Part shown: piece after piece, positions 56,426 to 63,270 of the stretch
Numbering within the stretch: the stretch's first letter is position 1
Layout: every line of letters starts with the position of its first letter
From: a virus
Lineage: Duplodnaviria; Caudoviricetes
Virus record (IMG/VR): IMGVR_UViG_3300024264_002146
Location: 1 to 63,270 of that record
Length of the DNA stretch: 63,270 bases
Strand: one strand, 5' to 3'
Notes under the pieces: generated by a model
Told to the model about the DNA's origin: nothing
Databases searched by the model: none
What the model saw: only the letters and a program-made list of their open reading frames with translations
Program-made: the position numbers and the translations under genes

Positions 56426-57297
56426 TTTTTTGTTTATATACAGACTACGGAGCATTAAATTCTAAGCCTGTATTTGAAGCGTTTGCGAAAAGTGTAACTG
56501 ATACAGGCCATACTGTAATATATAACGAACCATACAGGGTAATGGATCATTATAGTAATTATGATGTTGCAGTCATATGGAGTGTTTTGTGGAACGGACG
56601 TATGACACACAATAAACAAGTATGGGAGCAAAACCGCAAACTAAATCGACCAGTTATTGTTTTAGAAGTAGGTGGCATTGAACGCGGAACAACATGGAAG
56701 GTAGGATTAAATGGAATCAACAGAGATGCTTACTTTGGTGACAAAGACAATGATAGGACTAGGGCTGATAGCTTGGGACTGGTTTGTAAGCCTTGGAGAT
56801 CCAACGGCGATTTTATTTTAATATGCGGACAGCATGATAAGAGTTTACAGTGGCAAAACATGCCACCTATGAGTAACTGGTTCTTAAATATATACGACGA
56901 AATACGTAAATACACTGAACGCCCAATTGTATTTCGTCCGCACCCACGTTGTAGATTAGATCACATAGAACGTGGGCTTAAAAATGTATATAGACAGGAG
57001 CCTAATCATATTGCCAATACATACGACGATTTTGATATGGGGTTTGATAATGTGTGGGCTACTATCAGTTACAGCTCAAATCCAGGGACACACTCTTGTA
57101 TCAATGGTGTTCCAGCTTTTGTTAGTACCCATAGTCTGGCTTATAGTGTTGGTAATGACATAGACTTTCTTTACGATATAGAAAATCCTCTAATGCCAGA
57201 CAGGCAACAATGGCTCAATGACTACGCACATACTGAATACACAATTGAAGAAATATCACAAGGTACCCCACTTAAACACTTGACAAATAATTTATAA
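56422..57297 (+). CDS. Capsule-synthesis (KpsS/KpsC-like) GT-B protein, paralogue 3
   Basis: CGQH, FRPHPR, SYSSNP.....GVP and EYT.EEI..G motifs. Confidence 0.65.
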   Translation: MIFCLYTDYGALNSKPVFEAFAKSVTDTGHTVIYNEPYRVMDHYSNYDVAVIWSVLWNGRMTHNKQVWEQNRKLNRPVIVLEVGGIERGTTWKVGLNGINRDAYFGDKDNDRTRADSLGLVCKPWRSNGDFILICGQHDKSLQWQNMPPMSNWFLNIYDEIRKYTERPIVFRPHPRCRLDHIERGLKNVYRQEPNHIANTYDDFDMGFDNVWATISYSSNPGTHSCINGVPAFVSTHSLAYSVGNDIDFLYDIENPLMPDRQQWLNDYAHTEYTIEEISQGTPLKHLTNNL

Positions 57298-57308
57298 GAC
57301 GTTATACT
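57280..57308 (+). promoter_or_regulatory. sigma70-type promoter
   Basis: TTGACA-N17-TATACT, 6 nt before ATG 57315. Confidence 0.82.
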
Positions 57309-57314
57309 TGTAGT

Positions 57315-58520
57315 ATGACTGATATAACTACTATTGAAGATTGTTTGGAACTTGTTGCGGGTCTTAAATTAGGACCTAAAATACAAGTTGATTCTAGTGA
57401 TGTAACAATCATGCACAGCATTGCTAGACAAGTTTTCAAAGGAACATCATTAACTGATCGCCAATATGATCTAATGAAAACTAAATTACTCACATATAAA
57501 GAACAATTTATAAATCTCGATTGCGATTTTGAATTTGTAATTAATCAATTACGTCAACCTTTGCGACAGATTGATCGTAGTAAGTATATTAGAACTGTTA
57601 ACGAAGATAAAGAAAAACCGTTAAAAAATTCACAGTTAGACGTACAATGGTTCAAAGTTCGATTTCCTTTTAAAAAATCTCTTATAATGAGCATTAATCA
57701 AATATCTTATATAGAAGGATATTTCCATCAAAAAGGCTCACATGAACACTTTTTTGAATTAACTGATAAAAATATTTACACTGTAATAGGTAAGTTTTTA
57801 GAAAGTGGATTTGAAATAGAAGAAGACTTGCTATCAAGATATAAAGAAATTGCAGAATTAATATCACAAAAATATAATTACATTCCTCACTTTAATGGCA
57901 ATAGTTTAGAAAATTGTTCTACAAGTGTTGAAACTGCACTCTTAAATGAAATACAAGATATATCAAAAAAGAATTTTGTAAAAATTGCAGATAGACACAT
58001 TAGGCACGGTTATAGTATAAAGTGTCCACAACCTAATAACTTAGTTGAAAAAGTAGCTTTTAGAAAAAATCCGTTTTATCATAATGATCCTCGCGAGACT
58101 AACTTAGATTTTATTTTAGATGCTGTATACAGATTAGATAGATTTCCACTATTAGTACTAATTGAAGAAACGTCCGCTTTAGAGCAACTATATAAACTAA
58201 ACAACTATTTTAGAGATTTAATTCCTAAAGAAAAACAATCAGTTTTATTTAGACTAGAAGGAACAAATGATTTTAATCAATATGTAAAAGATAAAGAACT
58301 TAATAATTGGGTTGACGAATCTACAAAAATCGTGTATATTAATACTAAATCGTTTCCAAAAGTACTTTTAAAAAACAATTGGAAGCCTGTAACAATGTTT
58401 AGCTTTACTAGTAGTTTTTCGCGTGAAATAACAGCATATGTAAATTTTTATATAGATTTACAAATTGTACACGAAAACGAAATAAGTCCGTTTAGAAGGT
58501 ATTCAAAAATATATGGCTAG
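57315..58520 (+). CDS. Hypothetical protein upstream of the helicase
   Basis: 401 aa, AT-rich, overlaps the helicase start. Confidence 0.7.
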   Translation: MTDITTIEDCLELVAGLKLGPKIQVDSSDVTIMHSIARQVFKGTSLTDRQYDLMKTKLLTYKEQFINLDCDFEFVINQLRQPLRQIDRSKYIRTVNEDKEKPLKNSQLDVQWFKVRFPFKKSLIMSINQISYIEGYFHQKGSHEHFFELTDKNIYTVIGKFLESGFEIEEDLLSRYKEIAELISQKYNYIPHFNGNSLENCSTSVETALLNEIQDISKKNFVKIADRHIRHGYSIKCPQPNNLVEKVAFRKNPFYHNDPRETNLDFILDAVYRLDRFPLLVLIEETSALEQLYKLNNYFRDLIPKEKQSVLFRLEGTNDFNQYVKDKELNNWVDESTKIVYINTKSFPKVLLKNNWKPVTMFSFTSSFSREITAYVNFYIDLQIVHENEISPFRRYSKIYG

Positions 58521-59976
58521 TTGTAAATTAATAATTGAAGATGAAGTAAACATCAAGATAGAAGGATTAGAAGTTGATGTCCGACGCAAACTTGCAAATG
58601 CACTAAAGTTTGAAGTGCCGTATGCACGTTATATGCCGCAGTACAAACTAGGACGCTGGGATGGCAAAGTTGCTTTCTTTGGCATTGGCGGCACCGGTTA
58701 TGTTAATCATCTTAATGTTGTACAAGAAGTACTTGCTAAGAACAAAGTACAAATTGTTGACATCGAAGATAGAAGACATCCTATACAATTAGACTTCACA
58801 CCAGTTACAGAAACATACTGGAAAGACCAAGGTGTACAATGGCCAGAAGGTCACCCAGCACAAGGCGAAGATATTATTCTACGTGACTATCAAGTAGAAG
58901 CTATTAACAACTTTCTTAACAACCCACAGAGCTTGCAACAGATTGCTACTGGTGCAGGTAAAACAATTACCACAGCAACGCTGTCACACATAACTGAGCC
59001 GTATGGTAGAAGTCTTGTGATTGTTCCTAACAAGTCGTTAGTAGAACAAACAGAAGAGGACTATATTAACTGCGGTCTCGATGTAGGGGTGTACTTCGGC
59101 GACAGGAAACAATTAGGTAAGACTCACACTATTTGCACTTGGCAGAGTTTGAATATACTCGACAAGAAGAACAAGGACGGATCAGCAGTGTTATCACTTG
59201 CAGAGTTCTTGGAAGGCGTAAGCACTATTATTGTTGACGAAGTACACCAAGCCAAAGCAGAAGTTCTCAAGAACCTGCTTACACGCAACCTACGTAATGC
59301 ACCCATACGTTGGGGACTAACTGGTACAGTACCTAAAGAGAAGTTTGAGTTTGAATCAATACATGCTTCGTTAGGTCCTGTGATCGGTAACATCACAGCA
59401 AAAGAGTTACAAGACAAAGGCGTATTATCTAAGTGTCATGTTAACGTAGTACAACTAATGGATACTGTGTCACATACAAATTATCAAGAAGAATTAAAAT
59501 ATCTTGTTACAAATGAGGCCAGGATTGGATACATAGGCAAACTACTAAGCACAGTAAAAGAATCGGGCAATACTCTAATCTTAGTAGATAGGATTAGTGC
59601 CGGCGAAGCACTAGCAGAGCTTATACCAGGTAGCACGTTTGTTAGTGGTGCAGTTAAAGTTAAAGATCGAAAAGAAACATATGATACAATTCGTGAAGGA
59701 ACTAATGAGGTTATTATCGCAACCTACGGCGTTGCTGCCGTGGGTCTTAACATTCCTCGTATTTTTAATCTTGTTCTGATCGAACCGGGTAAAAGTTTTG
59801 TTCGTGTTATCCAATCTATTGGTAGAGGCGTAAGAAAGGCAAAAGACAAAGACTTCGTGCAAATATGGGATCTTACATCAACATGTAAGTTTGCGAAGCG
59901 ACATCTAACTCAGCGTAAGAAATTTTACAAAGAAGCAGAGTATCCCTTTACTATTGAAAAAGTGGATTGGAATTAA
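58513..59976 (+). CDS. uvsW: SF2 DNA helicase (UvsW-like)
   Basis: WDGK, LRDYQ, ATGAGKT, DEVH, TGT and QSIGRGVR motifs. Confidence 0.9.
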   Translation: MASCKLIIEDEVNIKIEGLEVDVRRKLANALKFEVPYARYMPQYKLGRWDGKVAFFGIGGTGYVNHLNVVQEVLAKNKVQIVDIEDRRHPIQLDFTPVTETYWKDQGVQWPEGHPAQGEDIILRDYQVEAINNFLNNPQSLQQIATGAGKTITTATLSHITEPYGRSLVIVPNKSLVEQTEEDYINCGLDVGVYFGDRKQLGKTHTICTWQSLNILDKKNKDGSAVLSLAEFLEGVSTIIVDEVHQAKAEVLKNLLTRNLRNAPIRWGLTGTVPKEKFEFESIHASLGPVIGNITAKELQDKGVLSKCHVNVVQLMDTVSHTNYQEELKYLVTNEARIGYIGKLLSTVKESGNTLILVDRISAGEALAELIPGSTFVSGAVKVKDRKETYDTIREGTNEVIIATYGVAAVGLNIPRIFNLVLIEPGKSFVRVIQSIGRGVRKAKDKDFVQIWDLTSTCKFAKRHLTQRKKFYKEAEYPFTIEKVDWN

Positions 59977-60483
59977 ATGAGAATATTAACTTTAGAAGAT
60001 AGGTCCTTCAGTTTAGAAGACTTACCAGAACAAATTGACGACGATGTAAGATTTGCAGTTTTAGATAACTCAGATCCAAAAGAGCCAGATTTTTTCTTTG
60101 TGCCTTTGATTTTTTTAGAATCGTTTAGCTCACCGGCTATGGTACTAGAAATAAATGGTCACGAAATAACAATGCCAGTTGACTGGCATATAGCAATCGG
60201 CGATTCGCAAGCAGGCGCAGATGTAGAAATACTGCCATTGACTAGTATAAATGATAGAGGATTTGAAGCGTTTCTTTTTAATCCACTATCGGGATACAAA
60301 ATGGAGTTTGGATCAATAAAAATTACCAATTTTTACACAGACGTAAAATGGTACTTTCCTAAAATGAAAAATGGACAACTACTAAGTGTGCCAATAACAA
60401 AAGGTCCAAAACCGTTGTGCGCATTTTTTGTCAAAGATATAAGTAGGCAATGTGAAGTTATAGATTATGCAAAGTTATTCTAA
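59977..60483 (+). CDS. Hypothetical protein
   Basis: 168 aa, starts directly after the helicase stop. Confidence 0.7.
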   Translation: MRILTLEDRSFSLEDLPEQIDDDVRFAVLDNSDPKEPDFFFVPLIFLESFSSPAMVLEINGHEITMPVDWHIAIGDSQAGADVEILPLTSINDRGFEAFLFNPLSGYKMEFGSIKITNFYTDVKWYFPKMKNGQLLSVPITKGPKPLCAFFVKDISRQCEVIDYAKLF

Positions 60484-60495
60484 CGGGACTTAATT

Positions 60496-60714
60496 ATGGG
60501 ATGGTGGAATAAACTAATAAGAAACAAAAACGATGAACAATCAAAATCGGTTGTTGTTGATGTTATGGCCGACGATACTGATCCTAATCAAGTTACGATA
60601 GAAAATGCATATAAAACTAGATGGATATGGTATCATACAATATTAGCAATAGGTATTTTCTTTACAAATATTGTGTTGATTGCTATCTTCTTATTGTTAG
60701 CAATTAAATTATGA
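60496..60714 (+). CDS. Small membrane protein
   Basis: Single C-terminal hydrophobic helix. Confidence 0.65.
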   Translation: MGWWNKLIRNKNDEQSKSVVVDVMADDTDPNQVTIENAYKTRWIWYHTILAIGIFFTNIVLIAIFLLLAIKL

Positions 60715-60728
60715 AATAGAAAGGAAAC

Positions 60729-61385
60729 ATGATGACTCCTTGGTCACCTACAGGAAAAAAGCTAACTAGTAAAAATATATTTCATAGATATATGAAGTTA
60801 CCTTTTGAGATCGCAAAACATCCTTTATGCGATACGACTCCAGACACAGTTGCACATGTGGATATTAATCCATATAGAGATCCAAAAATTGAGGCATTTA
60901 ATGCTAGTTTAGGATTAATTACAAAACACACTGAAGTATTTTATACTCCACCGGGTGGCGAACTACCTATACATGCAGACGATTTAACAATCGATAATCG
61001 TGCAAAAATTAATATTACATGGGGACCTCCGGAAGGAACAGTACGTTGGTGGAAGTCAGAGAATGCACAAGCTATTACAGATTTAGAATCTGCAAAAGAA
61101 ATGTTAGGCGACGAACTGCAACCAGACGAAGATTTTTCCAAAAGACAACATACAAATTTATTAGCTAAAAAAGAAGACTGTGAACTACTATGGGAAGCTA
61201 ATACTAATAAAGTAAGTTTGTTAAATGTAGGACAACTGCACTCAACATATAATCCTACTAATGTAGGTAGATGGACATTGTGTTTTGTTCCTGCCTCAGA
61301 AGCACTCCGCGGAGGTCTCAACGGGGGTTATCTTACATTTGAAGAAGCAGTAGAAGTGTACGCAGATTATATTATAGGAGAATAA
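60729..61385 (+). CDS. Hypothetical double-stranded beta-helix (oxygenase-like) protein
   Basis: IHAD...H...R.TL pattern; AAGGA RBS. Confidence 0.5.
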   Translation: MMTPWSPTGKKLTSKNIFHRYMKLPFEIAKHPLCDTTPDTVAHVDINPYRDPKIEAFNASLGLITKHTEVFYTPPGGELPIHADDLTIDNRAKINITWGPPEGTVRWWKSENAQAITDLESAKEMLGDELQPDEDFSKRQHTNLLAKKEDCELLWEANTNKVSLLNVGQLHSTYNPTNVGRWTLCFVPASEALRGGLNGGYLTFEEAVEVYADYIIGE

Positions 61386-61386
61386 A

Positions 61387-61755
61387 ATGGGAATTAAAGC
61401 AGGAAAAATTTGGGGTAACACAGAGTTAATTCATGCAAACGGAGCACTAGAGTTCCATCGCATTGAATTTAATAAAGGTTACAAATGCTCAGAACACGAG
61501 CATCAGTTTAAATGGAACGGCTTCTTTGTTGAGTCAGGACAAATGCTTGTACGTGTATGGCAAGATGATCAAGGATTAGTTGACGAAACTATTCTTAACG
61601 CAGGCGACTTTACACAAGTCAAGCCAGGCAAGATACACCAGTTCGAAGGCCTTGAAGATGGTGTTGCATTTGAACTGTATTGGGCAGAGTTTAATCATGA
61701 TGATATTGTAAGGCGCACAAGTGGAACAGCAATTGGAAAAACTAAAACCAAATGA
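61387..61755 (+). CDS. Cupin domain protein
   Basis: GKIWG and CSEHEH...PG..HQF motifs. Confidence 0.75.
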   Translation: MGIKAGKIWGNTELIHANGALEFHRIEFNKGYKCSEHEHQFKWNGFFVESGQMLVRVWQDDQGLVDETILNAGDFTQVKPGKIHQFEGLEDGVAFELYWAEFNHDDIVRRTSGTAIGKTKTK

Positions 61756-61996
61756 AGCACTAATATATGAACGTGCAAATGGTGTGGTTTACGCTCGCTA
61801 TAGAGATCCTCCGCATAATAAAATACCTAGATGGATAATAGGAGGCGATCCCGGCGCTGTTGCACGAGAACAAGGAACATTACTTCAGTACGGCGATTGG
61901 CAAGACCTATGCAATTTGTGCGAAGAAAATGAAACACTTAAAAAGTTAATGGACAAGTTAATAACTACATACTGGATAGTGAAGGAAGAAAAGTGA
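61721..61996 (+). CDS. Hypothetical protein
   Basis: 91 aa ORF filling the gap between neighbours; GTG start uncertain. Confidence 0.55.
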   Translation: MEQQLEKLKPNEALIYERANGVVYARYRDPPHNKIPRWIIGGDPGAVAREQGTLLQYGDWQDLCNLCEENETLKKLMDKLITTYWIVKEEK

Positions 61997-62595
61997 AACC
62001 AATTTCTATTTTTGCTGACTTTTACGGCATAGATAATATAAAAGGCGACATTAGTATTGATCGCCTCACAACTGAAATTGAACACTACATAGAAAAATAT
62101 GATCTTAATGGACGTAGTCGTAGTAATAAAAATGGATATCAAAGTAACGATTTAGATTATTCTATAATTAAAAAGCAATTTAAAGAAATTTCTTTATTGT
62201 TAGATACCATAGAAAAAAAATGTAAAGATTTTTTGAAAAATGATAATATTGGATTATCAAATTCATGGGTTAATATTAATAATAAAAATAATTATAATAA
62301 ACCACATTGCCATCCTTACTCAATTTTATCTGGAACAGTATATATAAATGTACCTTCAGATAAAGATAAAGATAATGGAAACTTTACTTTTATTAGAAAC
62401 AGAGAATTTTTAGACTACGCCATAGAAACTTACACACACGAATTTGAGCCTTTGTACAGCGGACACAATAAAACAATACATCCTAAAACAGGTGATATTA
62501 TAATCTTTCCATCTTACATGATGCACGAAGTAGATCCGCATCAATCTAAAGAACAAAGAATATCTATTGCATTCAATACAAGAGCTATTTTTTAA
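61993..62595 (+). CDS. Putative 2OG-Fe(II) oxygenase (TIGR02466-like)
   Basis: SWVN, HCH...LSG.VY, FPSY..HEV and RISIAFN motifs. Confidence 0.85.
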   Translation: MKPISIFADFYGIDNIKGDISIDRLTTEIEHYIEKYDLNGRSRSNKNGYQSNDLDYSIIKKQFKEISLLLDTIEKKCKDFLKNDNIGLSNSWVNINNKNNYNKPHCHPYSILSGTVYINVPSDKDKDNGNFTFIRNREFLDYAIETYTHEFEPLYSGHNKTIHPKTGDIIIFPSYMMHEVDPHQSKEQRISIAFNTRAIF

Positions 62596-62605
62596 AGGAG
62601 AAATA

Positions 62606-63270
62606 ATGAGAATTATAGCAGGACCCTGTCAACACGAATCGTTACCACAAAGTTTAGAGATTGCTAAAGAATGTAAACGTGTATGCGATAGACTTGGTAT
62701 TGAATACTACTTCAAAGCAAGTTATGATAAAGCCAACCGTTCGAGTATGCAAGGCAAACGTGGTATGGGCATGGCAGCAACACTAACGGACTTCTTAGCA
62801 CTTAAAGTAGAATTAGGTGTAAAGACACTAACTGATGTACATGACTATGTACAGGTTGCACGTATCGAAAGAGAATTTAAAGATGCAGTTGACGTTTATC
62901 AGATACCTGCATTTTTATGTAGACAGACAGACTTAATTAAAGCTGCGTGTGCTACAGATAAAATTGTTAATATTAAAAAAGGTCAGTTCATGGCACCTTG
63001 GGATATGAAAGGTGTACTAAGTAAAACTGAAGATGCAAAAGAAGTTTGGATAACAGAAAGAGGTACTAGTTTTGGATATAATACTTTGGTCGTTGATTAT
63101 ACTGGGCTCCAGTATATGCTTGAGCATTACGATGTACCTTGCGTTTTTGACGTTACCCACGCTGTCCAAAAGCCAGGAGGCAATGGGGAATCAAGTGGCG
63201 GTAATCGTGATTATGTGCCAGGTCTTGCTCGTGCTGCCTCTGCTTTGGGCATTAATGACTTCTTTATAGA
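62606..63270 (+). CDS. kdsA: KDO 8-phosphate synthase, 3'-truncated (absent from the ORF track)
   Basis: Hand translation from ATG 62606 (AAGGAG RBS): MRIIAGPCQHES...FKASYDKANRSS...TDVH...QIPAFLCRQTDL...NIKKGQF...TERG..FGY...FDVTHAVQKPG. Confidence 0.95.
   Translation, partial: MRIIAGPCQHESLPQSLEIAKECKRVCDRLGIEYYFKASYDKANRSSMQGKRGMGMAATLTDFLALKVELGVKTLTDVHDYVQVARIEREFKDAVDVYQIPAFLCRQTDLIKAACATDKIVNIKKGQFMAPWDMKGVLSKTEDAKEVWITERGTSFGYNTLVVDYTGLQYMLEHYDVPCVFDVTHAVQKPGGNGESSGGNRDYVPGLARAASALGINDFFI

Noticed and set aside
45483-57297. Glycan island as a bacterial chromosomal O-antigen locus or chimeric join
   Set aside because: It overlaps uvsY at its left end, contains a phage late box and is flanked by phage core genes on both sides.
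58312-58340. TTGACG-N17-TATATT inside the 57315 gene, a possible internal promoter for uvsW
   Set aside because: Imperfect match in AT-rich coding DNA; cannot be told apart from chance without TSS data.
4235-62142. Many short ORFs in the track that are antisense to, or nested within, long genes (e.g. 4794-5042, 8904-9355, 30319-30717, 49720-50211, 55758-55940)
   Set aside because: They shadow well-supported genes and show no recognisable motifs; antisense frames are commonly open by codon bias.
63072-63269. 65-aa hydrophobic ORF
   Set aside because: Alternative frame inside kdsA.
1-63270. Alternative genetic code, tRNA or rRNA genes
   Set aside because: Standard code 11 gives full-length genes at high density. 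The intergenic gaps are short and show no cloverleaf by eye; tRNAscan was not run.

Overview
A 63 kb, AT-rich, densely coding segment of a large T4-like (myovirus) dsDNA phage genome. Both window edges cut through genes. Left to right it contains: (1) 1-21 kb, large tail/baseplate-type virion proteins, including three tandem Cys-rich Gly-rich paralogues followed by a GT9-like glycosyltransferase and a NodU/CmcH carbamoyltransferase; (2) a minus-strand ADP-heptose cassette (hldE, hldD, cupin, gmhB) under a consensus sigma70 promoter; (3) a rearranged neck/tail/packaging block (gp15, gp14, gp13, sheath, tube, gp4, terminase); (4) gp32-uvsX-uvsY; (5) a ~12 kb glycan island with rfbF/G/H, a reductase and many glycosyltransferases; (6) a uvsW helicase, small accessory genes and kdsA running off the right end. 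Most notable: a candidate phage-encoded virion glycosylation/carbamoylation system using LPS-type sugars (heptose, Kdo, dideoxyhexose), possibly acting on the Cys-rich proteins; an ~80-nt hairpin burying the GT9 gene start; frequent apparently leaderless genes; a likely ATT start codon; and an RfbH-like enzyme lacking its Fe-S ligands. Product calls come from motif recognition only; no database searches were run. No tRNA, rRNA, CRISPR array or mobile element was seen.
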